From the IMG/VR virus record IMGVR_UViG_3300045988_092936: 44,848 nucleotides of DNA; one strand, written 5' to 3'. The notes below the pieces were generated by a model that did no database searches, was not told the origin of the DNA, and worked only from the letters and a program-made list of their open reading frames with translations. The first letter of the stretch is position 1, and every line of letters begins with the position of its first letter. Shown here piece by piece: positions 25,093-32,333 of the stretch. Source of the stretch: a virus. The position numbers were made by a program, and so were the translations under genes.

Positions 25093-25631
25093 AAATAACC
25101 TCCTGCACTTTTTAATTTATTATTTACGCATCTATTTATATTTGATTGTGGAATGTGTGTTTCCTTTGATGCAATTTGAGCATTTGGATATGATTTAATA
25201 AATACATTATCCCTTGAATATTGATAAATCTTTATACTCCTTGGGTGTAATTCTCCATTTCTACCTTTCAGTGTTTTAGATATTTTTTCTTTCCATAAAA
25301 TATTACGTCCTTTCAGACTTTTTGAAATTCTACTTCTTGTTATTGGATTTAATTCATTTTGCTGTCTTGTAGCCCATTTCAGATTATTAGCATTGTTGTT
25401 TAATGGGTTTCCGTCTATATGGTCAATCTCCGGTAAATTTCCCGGATTTGGTATAAATGCTATCGCTACAAGTCTATGAATATTAAATTTCTTTTTTCTC
25501 AAAGAAATATATAAATATCCTTTCCTTAAACCCGCTTTTAATACTTTACGCAAAGACTTTACACGCCCAAAATTACTAACTTGATATGTCCCTGCATATC
25601 CGGGAACATCTTTCCAAATCTCATTTTCCAT
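25077..25631 (-). CDS. HNH homing endonuclease (184 aa)
   Basis: ATG at 25631. NUMOD4 reads MENEIWKDVPGYAGTYQVSNFGRVKS and HNH_3 reads HRLVAIAFIPNPGNLPEIDHIDGNPLNNNANNLKWA. There are repeated SKSLKGRN / SKTLKGRNG motifs. Confidence 0.85.
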   Translation of the reverse strand: MENEIWKDVPGYAGTYQVSNFGRVKSLRKVLKAGLRKGYLYISLRKKKFNIHRLVAIAFIPNPGNLPEIDHIDGNPLNNNANNLKWATRQQNELNPITRSRISKSLKGRNILWKEKISKTLKGRNGELHPRSIKIYQYSRDNVFIKSYPNAQIASKETHIPQSNINRCVNNKLKSAGGYLWKKI

Positions 25632-25727
25632 AATTGCCAACTTTTAAGAACTGCCAACAAATTAGAAACGGGGACGGGCTGTTGGCTTGCCCTTTCGGTC
25701 GGTTAATTACTCCGCCTATCCCCGTAG

Positions 25728-25735
25728 CAAATATA
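25728..25735 (-). promoter_or_regulatory. Bacteroidota-type -7 box (TATATTTG) upstream of the HNH gene
   Basis: The plus strand reads caaatata at 25728-25735. The leader contains TTAACCGACCGAAAGGG and a 7-bp inverted repeat GCCAACA/TGTTGGC (25653-25686). Confidence 0.45.
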
Positions 25736-25765
25736 ATTATTTTTGTTTCAATTCATACTATACAA

Positions 25766-26035
25766 TCAATTTTCATTTTCTGCCTCCAATTCTACTATTA
25801 GTGTATTCATTCTCAAAACCTCTCTTATTCCCAAATTTTGAGTTATATCTTTTTCGTTTTCTCTTATTTTAGGCAATAAAGGTCTATAATCTTCATATTG
25901 TCTTAAATCCATGCCCGTAAGAAACATATCCCACGCCTGCATATCCATTTCATTGTTCAGTATAATTTGGCACGCCTCTTTGTTATTTCCGGTGTTTAAG
26001 GCTTCCGCCAATTTTACTTTTTGTTCCCATTCCAT
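25766..26035 (-). CDS. Hypothetical protein (89 aa)
   Basis: ATG start, 3 nt after the upstream stop. Confidence 0.5.
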   Translation of the reverse strand: MEWEQKVKLAEALNTGNNKEACQIILNNEMDMQAWDMFLTGMDLRQYEDYRPLLPKIRENEKDITQNLGIREVLRMNTLIVELEAENEN

Positions 26036-26038
26036 AAT

Positions 26039-26968
26039 TCAAATAAAAAATAAATAGTTATCAATCTGTATTTCCTCCGCAATAATACGGTTAAACGCCC
26101 GTATTATTTCCTTTTTCCTGGCAACCTCATACGCCGTAAAATCAATTTCCGGGCTGTCAATTCCTTTTCTCCGGACGTTGAACGCCGTATATTGGTTTAC
26201 CATTCCAATTGCCGCACGGTGCATATATTTTGTAAATGCTTGTTTTCTGTCGTCCTCGGTTGCCTCCACTTCGTCAGCAAATCCAAATTTTAGCAACCAA
26301 TCATACAAAAACATTTCGTCACTAAATTCAAATGATATTTTCCCGGTGTATTTGTATTGCAAAAAAACAATTCTGTTTCTTGCTTCCCTGCAGTTGTGGT
26401 AATATCTCTTTTGCTTCGGGGTCATTTCTCTATTAGGTTCCGGCAACGCTTTATATGCTTTCCCAATTACTTCATTTTGTTTTTTCCGATACGCTCCCAA
26501 TATCTTTGCAAAGTAATCAGCGTTGAATTGTTGGTAATGCTTTTTATCCGGGTTCCCTTGACTATTAAGGGGCAAAAATTCGTCCAATTCTCCGGTTGTC
26601 GCCAACTCAAAAGCCAATTTTATATCCGCCAACGTCAAATATGAATAATACCGTTTCAGTATATCAACCAATCGGGTTTGAATGTACGCCCAATCGTTTT
26701 CATTCTGCGGGATAATATAACCAACGTCCATTGCAATAAACCGGAACATTTGCGCTGTCTTGCTTGCCAAAACCCCGTCGTCCATTTCTGAAATTTGGGT
26801 TTTTGTTGACGCTGCAAATATATACTTTTCAACCGGGGTTAACGCATTTGCAACCTCCGGCAATTGTACCATTTTTCGGCGTATATCAATTGCCATTGTT
26901 CCAGGCTTTGCGTTATATATTGCTAACGCTACGTTCTGCGTATCTGCTTTTTCGGGTAAATTGTTCAT
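26039..26968 (-). CDS. Hypothetical protein (309 aa). Possible helicase-loader analogue, by lambda O-P synteny only.
   Basis: ATG at 26968, 2 nt after the initiator stop. I recognised no motif. Confidence 0.4.
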   Translation of the reverse strand: MNNLPEKADTQNVALAIYNAKPGTMAIDIRRKMVQLPEVANALTPVEKYIFAASTKTQISEMDDGVLASKTAQMFRFIAMDVGYIIPQNENDWAYIQTRLVDILKRYYSYLTLADIKLAFELATTGELDEFLPLNSQGNPDKKHYQQFNADYFAKILGAYRKKQNEVIGKAYKALPEPNREMTPKQKRYYHNCREARNRIVFLQYKYTGKISFEFSDEMFLYDWLLKFGFADEVEATEDDRKQAFTKYMHRAAIGMVNQYTAFNVRRKGIDSPEIDFTAYEVARKKEIIRAFNRIIAEEIQIDNYLFFI

Positions 26969-26970
26969 AA

Positions 26971-27756
26971 TCAATAATCATTGTTTAGAAATTCCATTGC
27001 GCCGTTTATATCAACACTCTTTTTCCCTTGCTGGTATTGTGGTTTCAAATGCAATTTTCCTTTTTCTTTGTCCCCACGTATAAAATTTCTCGTTTGTGCA
27101 ATCCAATCTTTTTGCATCCTGCCTTTGCTTGCACTCCAATCAGCAACGGAATGATAATAATATAAAATATCTATCTGTTCAAATTCCGGTTTGTCAAAGC
27201 ATTTTTCAAAATCTTCAAATTTTGCATATCTGCTGTTTTCGAACAAACATTTACGGGGTTCTGTTGTCCCTCTTAATTTTTGCGGATTTGCCGAATTTTC
27301 GTTTTCCGGAAAAAGTCCCGAAAATTCGTTTTCGGGTTTTATATTATCCTTATCTATATTATTATTTATATTATTATTTACGGTGCTGTTTTGATACCCG
27401 GATACGGTGCTGTTTTGATACCCGGATACGGTGCTGTTTTGATACCCGGATACGGTGCTGTTTTGTAACTCGACACATTCAAAGTTAAATCTATAATAAC
27501 ATCGTTTCGCCTTATTGTTGACAAATATTTCTTTCTTTTCCAAAATTCCTTTTTCTGTCAAACTTTTAAGGCTGCGCAAAACGTTTTTATCAGTAATTCC
27601 CGCCCAGTCTGCAATATATTCAGTTTTTCCCATAAACCATGAATTACCGTCCTGCGAATAACCATAAATAAGGGCTGTTATTATCAATTCACTACCTTTC
27701 AAATCCAAACGGGTACGTAAAAATCCGGGAATTGTTATATAATTACTTTCTTTCAT
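26971..27756 (-). CDS. Replication initiator / replisome-organizer-like protein with an N-terminal winged-HTH (261 aa)
   Basis: The N-terminus LKGSELIITALIYGYSQDGNSWFMGKTEYIADWAGITDKNVLRSLKSLTEKGIL is wHTH-like. The central linker QNSTVSGY x3 plus an Asn-rich stretch is encoded by the iterons and the AT tract. Confidence 0.6.
   Translation of the reverse strand: MKESNYITIPGFLRTRLDLKGSELIITALIYGYSQDGNSWFMGKTEYIADWAGITDKNVLRSLKSLTEKGILEKKEIFVNNKAKRCYYRFNFECVELQNSTVSGYQNSTVSGYQNSTVSGYQNSTVNNNINNNIDKDNIKPENEFSGLFPENENSANPQKLRGTTEPRKCLFENSRYAKFEDFEKCFDKPEFEQIDILYYYHSVADWSASKGRMQKDWIAQTRNFIRGDKEKGKLHLKPQYQQGKKSVDINGAMEFLNNDY
27339..27467. repeat. Candidate origin of replication: 24-bp iterons x3.6 plus an adjacent AT-rich tract
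   Basis: acggtgctgttttgatacccggat occurs at 27380-27403, 27404-27427 and 27428-27451, with a partial copy at 27452-27467. The adjacent tract 27339-27379 is almost pure A/T. Confidence 0.65.
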
Positions 27757-27757
27757 T

Positions 27758-28219
27758 TTATCTGTTGTTTAGATATTCAACCATTGAAATATAATCATCA
27801 ATAACGTTTTTACATATCCATTTTTTGCCTTGATATGAAAATAGTTTTTGATTTACCCCGTTTGCTTCATTATATGATTGTATAATACTTTCCAAATCAT
27901 AATTGTTGCAAACCTCACGCAATCGGTAAATTGCTTGCCCAAATGTATAAACATTGAATAACCTTTTCCCGTCCGGGCTAATGTCCGAAATCATGCTATT
28001 AGCCAATATTTCGGCATTTTCTTTGTTGTCAACTTGGAAGAGAATTAAATGTGTTTTATCGGGTATCTTTGCCGCTATCAAATACGGGTTCTTGGTTATT
28101 CCTACCCTTATAATTTCATTTGATACATCATTGCACAACCAATAAACGTGCAACCGTCTTGGTACAATGTTAAAATCTAACTTTGCGTACCCTTTTTGTA
28201 AATACTCATTGTATTTCAT
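27758..28219 (-). CDS. Hypothetical protein (153 aa), AT-rich moron with its own promoter
   Basis: ATG at 28219; the tracked 28240 start is a TTG. HVYWLCNDVSNEIIRVGITKN is faintly GIY-YIG-like, which is not enough for a call. Confidence 0.45.
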   Translation of the reverse strand: MKYNEYLQKGYAKLDFNIVPRRLHVYWLCNDVSNEIIRVGITKNPYLIAAKIPDKTHLILFQVDNKENAEILANSMISDISPDGKRLFNVYTFGQAIYRLREVCNNYDLESIIQSYNEANGVNQKLFSYQGKKWICKNVIDDYISMVEYLNNR

Positions 28220-28324
28220 AGATAAAAAAGAAAGCCCCAATTAGAGCCGTTACACATCTAAAAGGGACTTTGTGCTAATTAGCAAATGTCTTTCAATCGG
28301 TAACGGTCGATTGTTTTACGCAAC

Positions 28325-28332
28325 AAATATAA
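28325..28332 (-). promoter_or_regulatory. Bacteroidota-type -7 box (TATATTTG)
   Basis: The plus strand reads caaatata at 28325-28332. It is followed by the hairpin CAATCG-N8-CGATTG (28294-28313) and the palindrome TGCTAATTAGCA (28273-28284). Confidence 0.45.
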
Positions 28333-28348
28333 TACTTTATTTTTATTC

Positions 28349-29059
28349 CTATAACTTCACGGGCTTAAATGCTTCTGTTACTTTACGCAAATTCCCCTCG
28401 CTTTCGTTCGGAACAATGGAAACGACCGGATAACGTGAACGGTCGCCGGGCTTTTGAGAAACGGCAAATTGTACGTTCATATCCCAAACTATGCCCTTAA
28501 CAAATCCCCGTTCCTGCAACATTGCGTCGAACGTATCCCGGATATTGGGAATTGTTGACGCCGTACCCTTTGTTATGAATTGCCAAACCCCGGCAACGCC
28601 ACGTACCAAAGGAATAATAAATGTCACGGTCAACGTAACAATCCAACCGTCGCCGCCTTTCATAACAGAACGGTTCGGGTGCTTTTCTGCAACGCCTGCC
28701 ATCAAATTGGGATAATCCTTTGTGCTGTATTGGCAATATTGTGTACCATTCCACACAAAGAACGTTTCCCCGTCGCCGTATGCTATGCGTCGCCCGTCGT
28801 CGTCCCGGTATTCGTACATTTCGTTACATACCTTTTCCGGGTCGTCGTCCGGAAAAATAATTTGTATTGTCCGTGGCTTTTCTCCATATGCCTGCGTAAA
28901 CAATCCGGCATATTTCCCGGTCGGTATAAAGTAATCAACGCTTTTTGGATATTCTTTGCCATTCTTTCCGACCTCTTTTAATCCTACTTTTACGAACCCG
29001 ACACGTGGCAATACAACACGTTTAACGCCGGGGGTCGGTCTATTTATACGTCCTTTCAT
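28349..29059 (-). CDS. Hypothetical protein (236 aa). Possible single-strand annealing partner of the exonuclease, by position only.
   Basis: ATG at 29059, 2 nt after the exonuclease stop. I recognised no motif. Confidence 0.4.
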   Translation of the reverse strand: MKGRINRPTPGVKRVVLPRVGFVKVGLKEVGKNGKEYPKSVDYFIPTGKYAGLFTQAYGEKPRTIQIIFPDDDPEKVCNEMYEYRDDDGRRIAYGDGETFFVWNGTQYCQYSTKDYPNLMAGVAEKHPNRSVMKGGDGWIVTLTVTFIIPLVRGVAGVWQFITKGTASTIPNIRDTFDAMLQERGFVKGIVWDMNVQFAVSQKPGDRSRYPVVSIVPNESEGNLRKVTEAFKPVKL

Positions 29060-29061
29060 AC

Positions 29062-30765
29062 TCAAATTTCCATTTCATCGTTTAACAACTCCGTTTTTTC
29101 TGCCTTAATAACGTTTTTATCTGAACCATTCACGTTTTTTGGCTGTTTTCCGGCTTTCCCCGGCATTTTTTTCCCTTTTGGCACAATTGTACGTTTTGCC
29201 GTTTTTGTTGTCTTGGCTTTCGCTGGTTCCGGCGTTTGTTCCGAGCTTTGCTCCGGTGCGTTTTCTATCTCATACGCTTTCATTCTCAATTCAAACGCCT
29301 GCAATTCCTTTCCCTGCAATTTTTCTGCTTCTGCAAAGACGTTTATATCCTCCCACGTTTGCACCTCTGAAAAACTTTGATACGCCCCGGTAACTTTTAC
29401 ATAACCGTCAGAACATTTGTAAATATTAGTTGCTATGCTGTACCATCTGTGTTGGTCTAAATTCAACCCCTTTTCAACCAATTCAACGCCGTTTACTTTT
29501 GCAATATCTGTTACTTCCCACAAAGAATATGGGGCAACATCATTTATTGTAACCTCAAATTCTGAACACGTCATTTGCTTTTTTTGCTCCGGTTCCGGTT
29601 TCAAATCCTCAACGGTAACGGCTTTGTCGGGTTTCGGCTTTTTCTTTTCTGCTGAGGCTTTACTCTTTATCAGTTCCGCTAAAGACAACGATATTACATT
29701 TTGGGACAAATCCGGGGCGTCGTCCAATACGACCACACCATTAACCGCCGTAAATGTATTATCCCGCTTTTCGTCCTCAATGGCGGCAATCTCCAACAGA
29801 TAGGGGATTTTGCGTATATTGGGGCTTTCGGTTTGCTCTTTCAGATTGTACGACGGTTTTTTGCGCCAATCTTTCGGACTGAAATTGAAAATACGGGTAA
29901 CGGGGAATTGCTCAAAATTGACATTCCACATATCCCGGTACATCCCCAATTGTATTTCGTTTTCCTCGTAAAAGCCTTTGCGCCCGCTTTTGAAATCGAC
30001 AATTGCGTTAATCCGGTCGTCGCTTCCAATCTTTGCCCGCATGGTACACGGGCAATCAATCATTCCGGCATATTTGTAATACGGGTGTACCAACGCAATT
30101 TCAACGGCTAACGGTCGTACATCATAATCCAATACGAATTGCGCAAACGCCAAAACGTCCTTTTTCAAATCGTCGGCATAATATATAAAATCGGCGGGCA
30201 ATTTGTTATTCTCAATATAATCTTTCAATTTAGCTTTCAAACCGTCCAAATCATACGCCCGGTTAATCAATAATTCCTCAAATTCGGCGTGCATAAACGT
30301 TCCATACGCCGCCCGTTCGCCTTTGTATCGCTCGGCTTCCTCAATGCCTTTGTTCGCAATCCAATTTATAAGGTGCGGGGCTTTAGGTAACGTTTGGGAC
30401 AATATGGTTGTAACCGACGGGAAAAACTCCGGGTTCCCGGCGTCGTCATATCGGTAATAATATCGGTGCCCTTTGCTATTCAACTGCCAAACTTTATACG
30501 TCGGTTCTATCAATGCGCCGTCAAAGAACATTGCTTTCATTTCCTCAACGGTCATACCCGGCAAAATCTCATAAGCCCCGGCGGGTTGCTCTATTTCCAA
30601 CGCCTCCATATCCGGAACAATCTTTTGTTGTTCGTCGTCAATTCCCGGGAATTTATCAGCGGGCAAATTTCCCATTGTTTCCGCTAACTTTTTAACCGCA
30701 TTCTCTGCACTACCTATTGCGTTTGCAATACTCATGTCTTTTTGTTCGTTTCTTTTCGCTCTCAT
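29062..30765 (-). CDS. PD-(D/E)XK (RecB/Cas4-like) exonuclease with a long C-terminal extension (567 aa)
   Basis: FPSVTTIL, GTFMHAEFEE, YAGMIDCP (D), AIVDFKSGRK (D/ExK) and QLGMY (QxxxY). About 230 further residues follow, including a Lys/Pro/Glu-rich linker. Confidence 0.7.
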   Translation of the reverse strand: MRAKRNEQKDMSIANAIGSAENAVKKLAETMGNLPADKFPGIDDEQQKIVPDMEALEIEQPAGAYEILPGMTVEEMKAMFFDGALIEPTYKVWQLNSKGHRYYYRYDDAGNPEFFPSVTTILSQTLPKAPHLINWIANKGIEEAERYKGERAAYGTFMHAEFEELLINRAYDLDGLKAKLKDYIENNKLPADFIYYADDLKKDVLAFAQFVLDYDVRPLAVEIALVHPYYKYAGMIDCPCTMRAKIGSDDRINAIVDFKSGRKGFYEENEIQLGMYRDMWNVNFEQFPVTRIFNFSPKDWRKKPSYNLKEQTESPNIRKIPYLLEIAAIEDEKRDNTFTAVNGVVVLDDAPDLSQNVISLSLAELIKSKASAEKKKPKPDKAVTVEDLKPEPEQKKQMTCSEFEVTINDVAPYSLWEVTDIAKVNGVELVEKGLNLDQHRWYSIATNIYKCSDGYVKVTGAYQSFSEVQTWEDINVFAEAEKLQGKELQAFELRMKAYEIENAPEQSSEQTPEPAKAKTTKTAKRTIVPKGKKMPGKAGKQPKNVNGSDKNVIKAEKTELLNDEMEI

Positions 30766-30782
30766 TTCTTTAGTTTTATGCT

Positions 30783-30810
30783 GGGGGCTTTCGCCCCCGG
30801 CTGGTTATTA
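30783..30810 (-). promoter_or_regulatory. GC-rich intercistronic stem-loop (family member, GAAA loop)
   Basis: The minus strand reads TAATAACCAGCC-GGGGGC-GAAA-GCCCCC-AGCATAAAACTAAAGAA-ATG. Confidence 0.6.
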
Positions 30811-30975
30811 TTAGCTATATAATTCCCATACTTGTGCTATGGTCATATCTTTTATCTTATCAAACTTTATGCCTAATTCTTTTGCCATTTTACGCAAATC
30901 CTTTTGCGTAAAATACATATCAATATAACCTTTCCAGGTATTGAATGTCCCAAAATTTAATACTTGCTCTTTCAT
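30811..30975 (-). CDS. Small ORF (54 aa), below the track cutoff
   Basis: MKEQVLNFGTFNTWKGYIDMYFTQKDLRKMAKELGIKFDKIKDMTIAQVWELYS. It is bracketed by two family stem-loops downstream of promoter 31036-31066. Confidence 0.5.
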   Translation of the reverse strand: MKEQVLNFGTFNTWKGYIDMYFTQKDLRKMAKELGIKFDKIKDMTIAQVWELYS

Positions 30976-30994
30976 TTCTTTTAAGTTAATGTTT

Positions 30995-31019
30995 CCGGGT
31001 AATCGCCCGGTCGGGTTTG
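30995..31019 (-). promoter_or_regulatory. GC-rich stem-loop in a 5' leader (family member)
   Basis: The minus strand reads CAAACCCGA-CCGGG-CGATTA-CCCGG-AAACATTAACTTAAAAGAA-ATG. Confidence 0.55.
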
Positions 31020-31035
31020 TTTCTTAATCACGGCA

Positions 31036-31066
31036 CAAAGTTAAATCAAAATTTTAATTCTACAAA
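31036..31066 (-). promoter_or_regulatory. Canonical Bacteroidota promoter
   Basis: On the minus strand, TTTG (31066-31063), 19 nt, then TAACTTTG (31043-31036), followed by TGCCGT. Confidence 0.7.
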
Positions 31067-31092
31067 ATATTTTCTATGTTTTTTTGATTATT

Positions 31093-31136
31093 GTATAAAA
31101 ATAGCCCGACAACAATCATTCAAGATGTGCCGGGCT
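31093..31136 (-). terminator. Rho-independent terminator ending the first early transcription unit
   Basis: The minus strand reads AGCCCGGCA...TGTCGGGCT (6+3 bp stem) followed by ATTTTTAT. Confidence 0.55.
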
Positions 31137-31216
31137 GGTCGCAGTAACCGAGAGCGATGTAGGTTTTGCGGTTTGCAAATGTAAGTATTTTATTAGAAAC
31201 TGCATCGCTCAATACA

Positions 31217-31426
31217 TCAATCTTTTTCATAGCCTTTTATTTCTTTGCATTCTTTATTTATCACTTGTGCAAAAAATGCACTAAACGCAAATGTTATAAT
31301 ATGTACGACGTTAAAAGCAATCCCGATAAGGGCAATAAACGCAATTATACTAAATATATAGTATAATATTTTGTGCCACGTCGAGTACTTACGTAGTTCT
31401 CTAATTATCAACCTTATTTGTTTCAT
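31217..31426 (-). CDS. Small membrane protein (69 aa)
   Basis: Hydrophobic core ILYYIFSIIAFIALIGIAFNVVHIITFAFSAFFA. It overlaps the upstream gene by 26 nt. Confidence 0.45.
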   Translation of the reverse strand: MKQIRLIIRELRKYSTWHKILYYIFSIIAFIALIGIAFNVVHIITFAFSAFFAQVINKECKEIKGYEKD

Positions 31427-31652
31427 TCTCTAAACCGAATAAGAAATCTGCACTACATTCGCACACTTCGCATATCGCGCGCACTTGTTCAACTGTTATT
31501 CTCTTTATTCGCCCTCCGCACAAATTAGACATGTTCACCTTTTGTACTTTCTCATCCTTGCCCGGGTAAAGAACTTTCGCTAAGTCCTTTTTATAGATTT
31601 TTTTGCCCTTTAAGGCTGCTAACATGATTGCTTCATTTACTTTTAGTCTCAT
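31401..31652 (-). CDS. XRE-family HTH transcriptional regulator (83 aa)
   Basis: KKDLAKVL...VNMSNLCGGRIKRITVEQVRAICEVCECSADFLFGL, which ends in the typical HTH_XRE way. Confidence 0.6.
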   Translation of the reverse strand: MRLKVNEAIMLAALKGKKIYKKDLAKVLYPGKDEKVQKVNMSNLCGGRIKRITVEQVRAICEVCECSADFLFGLENETNKVDN

Positions 31653-31667
31653 AATGATATTTTTAAA

Positions 31668-32099
31668 TTAAACATTTTCTATCTCGACATGCCCGCAATA
31701 AGGGCAGGTTTTTTCTATTGCTATATCTTCGTATTCCGCTTCGCAATAATACGTCGCGTGATGTGTTTCTATCGAAATAGTGTCTGTCTCTTCCATTTTT
31801 GAGCCGCACTCGGGGCAGTCATATATCCCGAAAATTTGACATTTTACCAAAGCGTCGTAATCTTTGCATGTAACTTCTTTTATCCCGACTTTGTTTAATA
31901 TCTCGATTATGTCTTTTACAAAGAAAGAATCGCAAATACGCCCGTCGTAAATATTCAAGCCGAAACCGTTGTCACTTGCAATTAATCCGCTATCTATTAA
32001 TCTATTGCAAAGCTCGTCCGCGAATGCGGCAGGGCTTTTTTTCGCCCTGTCCGCTAAATATTTAAGTTCGCGTGTTTGTTTTAATGTTATCTCGTTCAT
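31668..32099 (-). CDS. Hypothetical Zn-ribbon protein (143 aa)
   Basis: CPECGSKM ... CPYCGHVE cysteine pairs. Confidence 0.5.
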   Translation of the reverse strand: MNEITLKQTRELKYLADRAKKSPAAFADELCNRLIDSGLIASDNGFGLNIYDGRICDSFFVKDIIEILNKVGIKEVTCKDYDALVKCQIFGIYDCPECGSKMEETDTISIETHHATYYCEAEYEDIAIEKTCPYCGHVEIENV

Positions 32100-32103
32100 G
32101 GCT

Positions 32104-32247
32104 TTATTTATAACGTTTGCAAATGCGTTCGCCTTTCTTGATATAACCTTTGTAATTTTCGTTATAAGCTGCTTTAGCTGCGCTTAATGTTGCATAACTT
32201 TTTTGATAGTTATAAACTCCGTCGTTGTAATAATAAATTTGATACAT
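32104..32247 (-). CDS. First early small protein (47 aa)
   Basis: ATG at 32247 (MYQIYYYNDGVYNYQKSYATLSAAKAAYNENYKGYIKKGERICKRYK). The tracked 100-aa form would be translated across its own promoter at 32303-32333. Confidence 0.45.
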   Translation of the reverse strand: MYQIYYYNDGVYNYQKSYATLSAAKAAYNENYKGYIKKGERICKRYK

Positions 32248-32302
32248 GTCTTTAATTTTTATTGTTCCTTGGAATCGGCCAAGTCCGTTTTTGTTTACAA
32301 TG

Positions 32303-32333
32303 CAAAGGTAATGTTTTATTTTAATATGACAAA
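32303..32333 (-). promoter_or_regulatory. Canonical Bacteroidota promoter (candidate early promoter)
   Basis: On the minus strand, TTTG (32333-32330), 19 nt, then TACCTTTG (32310-32303), 55 nt upstream of ATG 32247. Confidence 0.7.

Noticed and set aside
25641-25765. Group I intron hosting the HNH endonuclease
   Set aside because: The leader is structured (7-bp inverted repeat, GC hairpin remnants). However, the flanking ORFs (25766..26035 and RuvC) are complete genes with their own starts and stops. There is no evidence of a split exon.
31176-31183. Extra TACATTTG -7-like box between the 69-aa gene and the terminator at 31093-31136
   Set aside because: There is no -33 element at N19-21, and it would drive only a transcript of about 75 nt ending at the terminator. 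It is most simply a chance match.
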